From contig OY740807.1 in NCBI GenBank assembly GCA_963514005.1, positions 20,646,001 to 20,710,000 on the forward strand: 64,000 bases of DNA, given 5' to 3'. Numbering within the stretch: the first letter of the stretch is position 1; the number at the start of each line of letters is the position of its first letter. A model generated the notes under the pieces. It made no database searches, was not told the origin of the DNA, and saw only the letters and a list, made by a program, of their open reading frames with translations. The position numbers and the translations under genes are program-made. This DNA is from Raja brachyura. Taxonomy: Eukaryota. Shown piece by piece: positions 1-12,700 of this stretch.

Positions 1-328
1 TGCCCAATTGTATTTCATTGAATTACAAGCCACTTATGTGCACGCAAATTAATCAACCTTTTAAGAGGCTTTAGTATGGTTCTGTAATCGCCATTCTGGA
101 AAACGAGATGTGTTAAAAATATGTGTATCATTAGGAGCATCAATTCAGAGGTTTCGCAGACTTTGCAGGCTATTGAGGAGGGAGTTTGACAGATCCTTAG
201 GTCCTGGACTGCATTCAAACCCAATAACACCCCTCCTATAGATTATATTAGCCTGCTTAGTGATCAGGGAGCAAGGGTTTAAATGCAGCCATGCAGGCAA
301 GAGCTAAAGGAACCCTGCCTTTGCAATT

Positions 329-735
329 ATAGACAATAGGTGCAGGAGTAGGCCATTCGGCCCTTTGAGCCAGCACCGCCATTCACTGTGAGCATGGATG
401 ATCATCCACATTCAGTATCCCGTTCCTGCCTTTTCACCATATCCTCCGACTCCACTAACTTTAAGAGCTCAATTAGAGCTCTCTTGAAAGCATCCAGAGA
501 ATTAGCCTCCACAGCCTTCTGAGGCAGAAAATTCCACAGGTTCACAACTCTCTGGGTAAAAAAGTTTTTCCTCATCACTGTTCTAAATGGCATACCCCTT
601 ATTCTTAGGCTGTGGGCCCTGGTTATGGACTCCCCCAACATCGGGAACATGTTTCCTGCCTCTAGTGTGTCTAATCCCTTAATAATCTTAATATGTTTCA
701 ATAAGATCCCCTCTCATCCCTTTAAATTCCAGAGT
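329..735 (-). mobile_element. CR1-clade LINE, 3' fragment
   Basis: ORF 402-701 reads [23 protein letters not shown] (CR1 ORF2 C-terminus), followed by the 3' UTR seen in other copies. Confidence 0.85.
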
Positions 736-814
736 TTAGTTTTGCTAAATAAAAACGGAGCGGCTGGAAAATGTATCAGGTCAGGAAGTCGTTGCAGTGT
801 TATAAAAGTTTAGT

Positions 815-1740
815 TAGGCTTCATTTGGAGAACTATACAGTTGTGGTTGCCTCTTTATAAGATGGAAGTGCAGACTTTGGTCGAGGGTGCAGAAGAAGTT
901 TACCAGGATGCTGCCTAAATTGGAGAATATTAAGTATATGGAGAAGTTGGGCAAATTTGCATTGTTTTCACTGGAATGTTGGAGCCTGATGGGAGACTTG
1001 ATGGAAATTTATAATTTATAAATTACATCAGGATCAAGATCATCTGTGAACGTGGCCCAAGGAATGGCAGATGAAATTTAGCGTGGATTAGTGCGAAATG
1101 GGTTACATTTTGGGACATTAACCCAAGGCAGGTCTCACATGTTTAATGTCAGGACCATGGAATATGCTGTAGAACAAATAGATCTCGGGTTGCAAGTACA
1201 TAGTTCCTTGAAATCGGGAACACCGAACAGTGACTAAGGTATTTGGCACACATACCTTCATTGGTCAGGGCATTGACTGCAAGAGTTAGGATGTCATGTT
1301 CCAGCTACACAATGTGCCATTCTAGTCATCTAACACTAGGAAGGATGTCATTAAGTTAGAAAGAGTCTAAAAAATTTCACAAAGATGTTGCCAGGTACCT
1401 TGGAGGTATATAAAATCATCAGGGGCATAGATAAGGTGAGTGTCACAATCTTTTGCCCAGAATTTTGATCAAAAACTGGAGAGCATGTTGCGAGGAGGAA
1501 GGTTTAAAGGGATCCGGAGGGACAAGCTTTTCACAGAGAATGATAGATATATGAAATGAACTGCAAGAGGAAATGTAGAGGCAGGTACAATTACAATGTT
1601 TAAAGGACATTTAGGCAGGTAGACAGACAGGAAAGATTTAGCAGGATTTGGGCCCAATGAAGGTAAATGGAACTAGCTGAGGTAGGCATCTTGTCAGCAA
1701 GAGTTGGATGCAGGGCCTGATTCCATACAGCATAACTCAG
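815..1740 (+). mobile_element. Degraded CR1 fragments (two or more pieces)
   Basis: Decayed similarity to the [18 protein letters not shown] and 3' UTR segments of the younger CR1 copies in this window. Confidence 0.65.
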
Positions 1741-2792
1741 ACTCTTCCATCAAAGGTGACAGGACTGTGATCCATTCCCTCACACCTTTTGTCCCCTCCT
1801 TACAACTTAAATAGGTTTTCCCTTGAAAACATTAATCTCTACGTATAACCTCTGACATTTCTGGATCTACCAGGATCTTACTGCCACCAAGCACAGCACC
1901 CCTTTCATCCCCTTCCCCCCAAGCCCACCTCTATCAACATTACAAAGGGGCCTTTTTCTTTGGAGTATCCTGATCATTCCTTAACCTCACTAATAGGCTT
2001 CATCATCTCCGAACACCATCTTGTGTCACTGCTGGAGACTCAGTAGCTGCCTGTTCTTCCTTCCCATTTTCATGCACCTTCCTCTTGTATTTTGCAAATT
2101 AAACAATGACTTTCTTGTATTTCTTTCAGTTAGCATGTTGCGTTTCTTACTCATGGTGCCATCTTCTCTCCTTTTGGGAAAGAATATCCCAAAATCACTT
2201 TGCAGACCACTGTTCAGTTCAGTTAGCAAGCACATCCCCAAGTTTCTCGTCATCTGGCATTGTACTCCTCCACCAAAATTCTGCTGTGAGTTCTTATCCT
2301 CAGCACTGTATAATGCTAAAGGTAAGTTTGAGCTACAGCCTGCATCTTCCAGCTAGGCACATTACAGTGGCAGCCCATCAGACTAGCCGTGCAATTTCAG
2401 ATACTGATTCTGTAAATCCCTACATCCACTTCTCCTGGATTCTTGTTGTGTTCTCCACATATTAATTATCACCCTTTCCACCATCATCTCATTTGCTTGC
2501 TTGCAAATCACGAACCTGAGAAACCTCAGCTTCCCATTCTTGTATTATTGCCCCAACTTAAGTCTGGGATGATGCATGCATAATGCTGCACTTTATCAGA
2601 TCATCGGGAGTTTCACGATGCTTCTGATTCAAACAATGACATTTGAAAACTTAATCTGTTTTTGCAATGTTCAGCAGGTGAAATACCATCCCTAGAAAAC
2701 AGTAAAATGTACATAAATCCAACCAATTTTAAATAATTTATTTGTCAATGTTAACTGATTTGCTCAATAACTGTGTGAAATAAGGAAAAGCT

Positions 2793-3081
2793 GGCACACT
2801 GGCACAGGGGTAGAGTTGCTGCCTTACAGTGGCAGAGACCTGGGTTCAATCCAGACCTGGGTTCAATCTTGCTGTTTGTACGGAGTATGCATGGGCTTTT
2901 TCCGGCTACTCCAGTTTCCTCCCACATTCCAAAGATGTGCAGGTTTGTAAGTTAATTGGCTTCTGTAAATTGTCCCTAGTTTTGATCATAGAACCAGTAA
3001 ACAGGTTCATTGGTTGGTGTGGACTCAGAGGGCCAAAAGGCCTGTTTCCACGCTGTATCTCGAAACCAAACTAAAACTAAA
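2793..3081 (+). mobile_element. tRNA-derived SINE (HE1-like) with CR1-type tail
   Basis: A-box-like TGGCACAGGGGTAG, B-box GGTTCAATCC (locally duplicated), and tail ggcctgtttccacgctgtatctc plus actaaa repeats, shared with CR1 3' ends. Confidence 0.75.
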
Positions 3082-3673
3082 GGTTGTAGAATGCCTTTGT
3101 ACCATTGGCTCAATATGGTTTTGGAAGATCACTGTAGTCTGAAATCATGACAGATAATTCTTACATTTTTAAGATCTGTTACGTGAAGCCCTTTCATTTA
3201 ATTCCACTATATCAATGTAGGAAGTAATCATAAATGGCTTATCCCACTAATAATGCTAATATCGGGTTATTTTCGCAGCTCAAGTGTAAAAACCTGGCAA
3301 ACAGTCCAGCTTTTTTGTTTAGATTCAATCCTGTTCTGCGTTCACCGCAAGGTTTCAGTACAACCAATGTCCTCACTAGATTTATTACAGCCAAAACCTT
3401 CTTAAAAATTGTTTGCAGTGCAGTCCTGAAACACTCTCCTCTGCATAAATACCAAGTAGTTGATATTCCCATGAGCTTTATGGATGCTGCTTGCTACTTA
3501 TCTATGGGGATATTTGTTCCACAATTTACAATATGACACAGCACATTTTCTGTTTTAATAGCCTGATGGTTTCTTGTGCTTTGAGTGGTTTACAGACTGA
3601 AGCTTGGCTTTCTCTGTTTACCAACCACTCTTGCTCCTCTGTTTCACTGCATTCTCACATTGATAATTGCAAG

Positions 3674-3703
3674 CAAAAAGAGGAAAGCTGGATCAGGAAG
3701 AAG
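3674..3703 (+). CDS. SRRM3: SRRM3 30-nt exon, (S)KKRKAGSGR(S)
   Basis: ttgcaAG|C AAA AAG AGG AAA GCT GGA TCA GGA AGA AG|GTaaag, phase 2-2. It sits where the KKRRLESECS-like segment precedes the next exon in mammalian SRRM3 (recalled). Confidence 0.72.
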
Positions 3704-6700
3704 GTAAAGGGCCTGTCCCACTTTCACGACCTAATTCACAACCTTTTTTTCTCGTGGACATTTTTTATCATGCTAGAAAAACGCCCCGACCTACTTGATG
3801 CCATGAGTACCTACGACTAGCATCACGGCCTGCTATGACCTACCTACGACCTCCTACTACCTCGTGACGACCATGCGCGAGTATGAGTCAAGGGCAAACT
3901 CGGCAGAGGTCGTGAATTAGGTCGTGAAAGTGGGACAGGCCCTTAAGTGTGAGAAGGTCAAAGTGGAGAAGTCATCTATTGAAAAAGTGAGAACTGCCCT
4001 ATCTAAATGCTTGAATGAGCAAGTCATTAAATGCTCTTTGCTGTGTACTGTTGCTTATTCTGGCACTGAATCATAGAGTCATACAGCGTGGAAACAGGCC
4101 CTTCAACCCAACGTGCCCACACCGGCCAACATGTCCCATCTATACTAATCCCACCTGCCTGCATTTGGTCCATATCCTTCTAAACCTGTCCTATCTAGGT
4201 GCCTTCCTAAATGTTTCTTGAACATTGTGATAGTACCTACTTCAACTACCTACCCCGGCAGTTCATTCCATACACCTACAAATCTTTGCATGAAAAATAA
4301 ATTTGAATCTTTTAAAACACCAGAAGTGTGGTTGGACATTTTTGAACTTGTGAGCAATATTGTTACCCTCAAAGGAAATATATTAAAGGTTTCTACTACC
4401 TCCCATTCCTCACACTCCACAAGCAGACTGTTCCCTATGAGATGGGTAAAGTGCCCACTCCATCCTCACTTAACTCAACCATCTGAAGAGAGGGAAAAGA
4501 TTGGATGTTGAGGTAACAAATGTAAATAACAATCAAGTTGTTCATGCCATTTTTTGGTGGAAAATAATTAATTAAAATAACCAGGATACATCCTGGGGAA
4601 GGCTGCATTGAGCAAGAGCATTTCAGAAGCATCAGAAACATTTATAATGGTAAACTATTTCTGCCTTTTTAAAGAAATGGAAAGGTGTTTTTCTCTTTTA
4701 ATACTTTTATTTTTTCCTGTTTCATTTCTCTATCACTGCCTACATAGATTGGATTTTATAAAGGTCTGTTGCTGTGTGGTTTGTATCAATATCGTGATTC
4801 TATCAGGCCCATCATACACAAGTGATTTTAGCCCAAGCTGAAACTAGTGAGGGGAGAGCTTGGAATTGGTAAGGGAAGGAAACAGTTTCCACAGGCATTC
4901 CATTTCATGTTATCATTAAGCCCATCAAGTCTACTCCACCATTGGCCATGGCTGATCTATCTCTCCATGAACTCTGACACCTGTACTAATCAAGAATCTA
5001 TCTGTCTACCTTAAATATATCCACTGACTTGGCCTTCACAGCCTTCTGTGGCAAATAATTCCACAGATTCACCACCCTCTGACTAAATAAACTCCTCCTC
5101 ATCTCCTTCCTAAAAGAATGCCCTTTAATTCTAAGGCTATGACCTCCAGTCCATTTCTCTCCACTCTTACTTCCACCTCTGCAATTGAAAGCATGCTTGC
5201 TTTCTCACCATTTCCAATTATCATGCATGTTGTCAACCGGTAACCTTAATGATTTCTCCCTAACCTATTGAGTATTTCCATTATTATCTGTTTATATTCT
5301 GCGGGTCTGTTCTTCCATTTAGTTTATCGAAACGGATATACATCGTAACTCCGTCTACTTCTCGAGTTCCAAATCCATTAATACACTTCTATATACAAGC
5401 TATCAAGCTCAGTTTTGAACTGTTTCATCAGTGCTTTTTGAAGACAGCGTTCCAGATTTCCATTAGCATTTGCACAAAGAGGAACTACCTGTCGCCCTGA
5501 ACAATTTTAATTTTGTTTTGCTCTTCTGCAAATTCTATTTCCATCTTCCCACTCTTTCATTTATTGGGAAGCTATGACTATAATTTAATGTGGCTCGGAC
5601 AATTTTGTGAAACGCAGCACATTAAACTTGCTTACATAAAAAGCCACAAAGAAATACACCAGGAGTAGAGAAATCTAGCTTGAGAATTGCTGATTTGTCT
5701 TCCTCAGCTATAAATAAAATTGCAAAGCCAGCAAGCTGTTTTTCTGACTTGCATTGGTTCCTGGTTGGATCTTCTTGTGCTAGATGCAAGTATTTTCAGA
5801 AAGAGACAATTGTTATATTTAAATTGTTTTGTTTTTCTTCATAGCTGCGAAAGTTCCTCATCATCACGGAAAGAGAGAAAAAAGAAGAGTGGGAAGAAAC
5901 ACAAGAGAGACAGGTGGAGTTGCTTCTGTTCTTCTGTAGTCATACCAGACCCCTCCAGGTATAGCACATCTAATGCAGAATCGATCGGCTGCACAATCCC
6001 TGGAGAAAATCATAATGTCTTTCTCACATCCTTGGCCACAGCACAATATCTGAATGATATAGTTAAAGGAACCTATGTAACATCAAGATTTTGAAATAGA
6101 TTACAGTGCAAAGTTTCCAGACAATCTTTTTAAAAGCCTTGCACACGAGGAAAAGTGAGAGATCCGGATAATTCTTATGCCATCGAGTTCCATGGACAGT
6201 TGTTTCTGTTTATTTTGTCTCCCTGTTGCAAGGCATGCCAATATTAATTTTAAGTTGTTGTCTGCAACTACAAATTTAAACGGTTCTCAAGGTAGCATTT
6301 CAGCTTCCAAAATAGATTCTCTGTCAGGGGAAGAAGGCAGTAGTAAGATGGCTGGTCACATCTCGAGTCCAGTAGGGATTGAAGAGCAATAAGGGTCTAA
6401 TAGGAGATCTGTTGTCAGTGCCAGAGTCAGTTTGGAGATCAGAAAGTTTGTGATCAAGGAGATTAGCTGTTAGAAGAGATTATTTGGTTGAATACAGTAC
6501 TATGATCGTGGGATGCCCAAAATATACCAGGTAAGTAATGGGATTTAACCTTTGTAGCATCCCTGTTCAACACAGAATTATTTAAATGCAGTCATCTCAG
6601 GCGCATAACAAAGTAGGAATGTTGTATAGGGAATAACTTGTTCATATGTGATGTGGAAGTTAACTCATGCTGAGCAGATAGGCTGAGGATTGGTTAATGG

Positions 6701-9700
6701 AATTTAATACAGAGAAATGTGAGATGGTGCAATTTGGGAGCACTAACATGGGCAGGACCTGCTCAATGAATGGTAGGGCTCTGGGGGGGGGGGGTGTTGT
6801 TGAGCAGAGGGATCTAGGCGTACAGGTACATAGTGTGTTGAAAGTGGCATCACAGGTAGATAAGGCTTTTGACACATTGGCCTTCATCACTCAGAGTATT
6901 GAGTATAGAAGTTGGGAGGTCATGTTACAGTTGTATAGACGTCGATGAGGCCACATTTAGAGTATTGTGTTCAGTTTTGGACACTGTTATAGGAAAGATT
7001 TTATCAAGCTTGAAAGGGTGCAGAGAAGATTTACGAGGATGTTGCCATGACTCGAGAGCCTGAGCTGTGGGAAGAGGTTGAGCAGGCTAGGACTCTCTTC
7101 CTTGGAGTGCAGAAGGATGAGGGGTGATCTTATAGATTGTACAAAATCATCCATCGAAAGGAATAGATCAGGTAGACGCACAGAGTCTCTTGCCCAGAGT
7201 AGGGGAGTTGAGAACCAGAGCACATAGGTTTAAGGTGAGGGGGGAAAGATTTAATAGGAACCTGAGGGCTAACTTTTTCATACAAAGGGCAGTGGGTGTA
7301 TGGAAGGAGCTGCGGGGGAGGTAGTTAACATAGGTAAGGTCGCAATGTTTAAGAAACATTTAGATGGGTAGGTACATGGATAAGACACGTTTAAAGGGTT
7401 ATGGATCAATCGCAGGCAGATAGGAGTAATGTAGATGGGACATGTTGGCCGGTGTGGGCAAGTTGGGCTGAAGGACTTGTTTCCACATCGTATGACTCTC
7501 TGACTCTTAAGTCACATGTAAAATTATATATTAAATCTAAAATGTTGGAAATACTCAGCCGAACAGACAGCAATTGTGGAATGAGATGGTAATCATTTCA
7601 GGTCAGTAACCTTTCTTCTCAGAACATTAAAATAGGACTTAGAAATTGTGCAGTGGCTCTTTGATATCCAAATGAACATTCTGCATCATTGGTTTTTCCA
7701 AATGCTCGTGTTAATTGTTCTTACTAAAGAAAATGGTCTTTGTATTTATGTCTTCTAAAATGGAAAAAGTGACCCACAATAATTGCCTAATGTTGTGATC
7801 CGGTGATTAAAAAAAAACAGGAGAATGTCTTCATCTCTTTGAAATAAACCACTTGTTTAAGTATCCTTGATACATGGAACCTTAAATTTATTTTGCAAGT
7901 ATTTTCTTTATGGAGCAATCAAAGAGCATTGTGCCCGAGACGACATTGAGCAAACCCCTACACTTAGTCACTTCTCATTTTATACGGGTCTGATTCAGGT
8001 TCCAGAAAAAGAGGAGGCATAGGTAGGCATAGAAAATCATTGGATACCATTGTAAAGGTTCATTAGCTGCCTACTGTCAATGATCACACAACTAGTGCTA
8101 TTGGAATTATGGGTATCGGCTGGTCGCCTATGTTGCAGAAATCTTCTTTGTCCCAGGACTTTGTACAAGATTGTTTTATGGATAAATATGTCAATAAGAG
8201 AACAGGTTATTTAGATCTAGTATTTTGCAATGAGAAGTTAACTAAATAACTTTGTGGTTAAAGGGCCTGTCCCACCAGCATGCAACTCTATGCGATGAGC
8301 GCGACCTAACGTGGTCACTTGAGCCGTCCGGCGTCGCGGGGCCGGTCCCACTTCGATCGCCGAAATTGTGCGGTGTTCGTCCCAACATCGCGTGGGGCTC
8401 TGAAAAACTGACTATGTTAAAAAATTCCGCGCGGCAACGGCTTGTCGGCTCACAGTCGCCTCGACGCATTACACGCCGTCTCAACGTCGTGCCTCCGTGA
8501 CCCTCTCTGTAGGTGCCTCCGTGACCCTCTCTGTGTGTGGCTCTGTGGCCCTCTCTGTGTGTGCCTCTGTGCCCCTCTCTGTGTGCCCCTCTCTGTCCTG
8601 GCGAACTTACCTTTAAGACTTCGATCCAAGTTCGCCTCACTTTGCGCCGCGTTACGCCACTCACCCTACCTCCGCGCGGCCCTCGCTGCCGGTTTGATCG
8701 CGCTTGCCGCATGCAGGCGCATGCTGGTGGGAACGGCCCTGTACAGAGATCACCCGACCTCCGCGTGGCCCGCGCTTCTAGTTTGATCGCGCTCATCGCA
8801 TGGAGTCGGATACTGGTAGGACAGGCCCTTAAGGGGATTTTAAGGAAGACTGGTGAAAATATGGTAGAATTTTATACAAAGATGGGAATTTATTTTAATT
8901 TAGTCCAGAATTAAATCTAAACAAAGAAAACTACAAAGGTATGAGGCACAAGCAGATTGGGGTAAATTGGGAGTCTACATTAAATGTACAACAGTAAACA
9001 AACCATTTAAATAATTAATTATTTTATTATTTTATAGATTACAACAAATTATATATTTCTTGTAAGGCATTAAAAATAAACCATGGCTGACAGGAACACT
9101 TAAAGGTAATATTGGATCAAAGATAAGTCTTACAATGCTGCCAAAAAAGAAAAATCTTGAACATTGAGGAAATATCTAAATTTGGCAATGGGGGGCAATG
9201 GAGGTATTAATAAGGAATAAGAAACTTGAGATCTAACAAGAAGCTTAAAAATGTGTAAAAGCTGTTGTAGACATGTATAATACAAACATAGAGAGAATTC
9301 CTTTCAGCCTGAGACAAGGGAAATTTCCATCAGGGAATAAATAAATAGCAGATACATTATTTGTGTCTGTCTTCTTGGAAGAACAGTTGGTTTAGAATGA
9401 CTGGGAAATATTAGTTTTAAAAATGTAAAGGAAAAGTTAATGGGTTTGAAGGCTGATATACCCCCAGTGTCTGAAGAACCTCATTGCAATATTGTTGAGG
9501 AGATGCTGATGGAGATGGTGCATGCACTGGTTGTCATGTTCCAAATTCCCATTGATTCTTGAGTGATTCCCAGAAATTGGAAGAATGCAAATATAAACCC
9601 AGAACTGAAGAGAGGAGAGAGAAAGTTAATTGGGAATTAGAGATCAGTTAGCCTGACATCATAGAGCAAATTGCAAATCTATTAATAAGGAAATGGTAAC

Positions 9701-12700
9701 TTGACTCTTTGAAAATAATGCAAATGGAAGAGGGGATTTGGAACTAGAAGAGGACATTTGTAGATCTATTAGGGCTTTTAGATGTAGTAAATAGCAGCAT
9801 AGATAAGAGCACATGATTGGATATGGTGACTTTGGACTGTCCAAAGACTTTCAATCAGGTAGCAATTAAGAGATTATAAAGCAAAATGGAACTCTGTACC
9901 TTGGAGAGATTTGAAGGATCAGTAACTGAACATATCTAAGGTAGAAAGCAATGGATCAGCCATCTGAAGAAGGGTCTCGACCTGAAACGTCGCCTATCTC
10001 CTTCGCTCCTGCACCCGCTGAGTTTCTCCAGCTTTTTGTGTAACCCATGATCAAAGATGAAACAGGTGCAAAAAACTTTTTTTATGTACTCATGTATGAG
10101 ACAGAATAAAATAAGTGGAGAAAGAATGGTGCAATTTTTTAATTTCCAGTCAGTAAAACAAAAATCCTGATTCATTATGTTCTTAATTGAAGGTCCAATC
10201 ATACGATCATGGATTGGTTAAATGTTTAACAAATGACTTATTTTCTCCACTTCTTTTACTAAAATATAACGCAGGAAGGAAGTAATTGTGACTTGCAATT
10301 ATTGTGATGATAGTTTAAAATAGATAGATACAAGAAAGATATGTTACAGCAGTGCCGCTTTTCTGTGCCATTGGCACTTTAATCAGTTCTCATCTCATGT
10401 TGCAACACTAGAATCCATGAAGTGCCATCAAACAATAAATAATCAGAACACAATCAAAATATTAAACCAATGGAGCAGTCAAGTTAAATCTAGAGATTAT
10501 GGTTAAATTGATGGCAATTGTTGCATTGAAATTCAGTTGCACTCTTTTTTGTAACTAAACCATGTTGCAGTTTGCCCTAAAAAAAAATTGGTCAAAACAA
10601 GGGTGCAGAGGTATAAAGATTTCTGTACACAGCAAGAAGCGCTAAATACATAACCTTCACACTTCTGAATGGGCAGGGTTAAGTTGCAGTTGCTACCACT
10701 TTACTGCCCAATAATCAGAAAAGGGAGTTTGACCAGTGAAGACTCATTGATCATGGTGACCAGACAACAACAAACTATACTGTGATTCCCATGAAGTAGA
10801 AAAGAACGCAGAAGTGCTTTCCAGTACAATGCACGGTGAGAGACAGGTCTGCTGCACAGGGGATGATGGTGGAGGCTTCACAGATGGATACTCAAGTTGT
10901 TTATCTGGGGGTCCTTTCTCAATATAGCAGTGGCTCATGAAATTCCACAAACTCTCCAAGTTTCCGTTTCAGTGTAAAATAAATATTTCGTACCAACACA
11001 CTTATCGAGAGACAGGCAAGCACATGTAGAATGCATACAGGCACGCACACAAACACTTGCACAATCTGTTACTCAAACCACAAAAAACAGTAACTCAAAT
11101 TTCACTGTACCTTAATTGGTACATGTGACAATAAACTGGCCTTGACTTAGAAACCTTGAAACCTATTTTCTCCAACACCACTCTCACTGACCTAATCCTT
11201 TCACAAATTAAGGAGGTAACAGAAAGGTAATTTGGCACCCATTTGTTTGTTTTTTTCATTTTCGCAAAACAATAATGAATAGGAAGGAGTCCGCCCACAA
11301 TGGAGGTTTACATCCCACCCCAAATTCCAGATACAGTGTCTCAATCAATTGTAGGATGTGATCCTTTACTCATAGCCAGAAAGATCGAAATCACCTTACA
11401 AACAGAGGCTATGTGCAATCTACTAAGTATATTAATGGTTTTTCATTGTTGTAATTACTTCCATTTTGTATTGAGCTGAAGTATCCATCTCAGTAGCACG
11501 TGCTCTGTTTTAAAACTATTATGATGTGAGCACAGCTAACATGGTGTCTGGGTTCCAGCAACTAAGTTACAGGGAAAGGTTGAACAAGTTAGGTCTTTAT
11601 TCTTTGGAGCGGAGAAGGTTAAGGGGGGACTTGATTGAGGTCTTTAAAATGATGAAAGGGATAGACAGAGTTGACGTGGATAAGCTTTTCCCATTGAGGG
11701 TAGGGAAGATTCAAACAAGAGGGCATGACATGAGAATTAAGGGACAGAAGTTTAGGGGTAACATGAGGGGGAACTTCTTTACTCAGAGAGTGGTGGCTGT
11801 GTGGAATGATCTTCCAGCAGAAGTGGTGGAGGCAGGATCGATTTTAACATTTAAAAGTAAAGTGGATAGGTATATGGACGGAAAGGGAATGGAGGGGTAT
11901 GTTCTGAGTGCAGGTAGATGGGACTAGGGGAAAATAAATGGTCGGCACGGACTGGAAGGGCCGAGAAGGCCTGTTTCCGTGCTGTAATTGTTATATGGTT
12001 ATATGTGCAAATCTTCCTCATTATCATTCTAGGCTATGAGGAGAGACTATATTTCTCCCCTCACTAGAGCAGGGTGGAGAGCAGGAGAAGCAACAAATAA
12101 TACAAAGTGTTGTAGAGCGGAGTGGTCTAGGAGTCCAGGTACTTAGTTCCCTGAGAGTAATATCACAGGTAGTGATGTGCTTGGCATAGATATTAACCAT
12201 ATAACAATTACAGCATGGAAACAGGCCATTTCGGCCCTTCAAGTCCATGCCGAACAACTTTTTTCCCGTAGTCCCACCTGCCTGCACTCATACCATAACC
12301 CTCCATACCCTTCTCATCCATATGCCTATCCAATTTATTTTTAAATGATACCAACTAACCTGCCGCCACATATTGTGGGCTGAAAGACCTATTCTACATT
12401 CTAAAGTTGTTTTAGAATCATTAGAAACCCGAGGGACAACCTTTTCAAACAGAGGGCGCTGGGTATATGAAACGAGCTGTCAAAGGAGTTAGTTGAGGCA
12501 AGTACTATAACAGCATTTAAAAGACACTTAGACATGTACATGGAGAGGAAAGGTTTAGAAGGATATGGGCCAAGTACATGTAAATGGGATAGTGAAGATA
12601 TCAGGCCCAAATTGCTGGAGATGATGAGGAGCATAGAGAAGTCCACCTCTGTGCTCTTGCGAGAGAAGGCACAGTCAGGAATCAAGAGCCTAGGTATATT

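Noticed and set aside
2021-2465. Overlapping 75-119 aa ORFs
   Set aside because: No recognisable domain or splice pattern; probably a decayed repeat.
3820-3880. Short ctacgac repeats that might suggest an array
   Set aside because: They are internal subterminal repeats of the MITE with no spacer structure; CRISPR is not plausible in this context.
8242-8914. Several overlapping 82-184 aa ORFs, one with THREGHRG repeats
   Set aside because: They lie within a GC-rich MITE and its 24-bp minisatellite; few stops are expected and there is no transposase motif.
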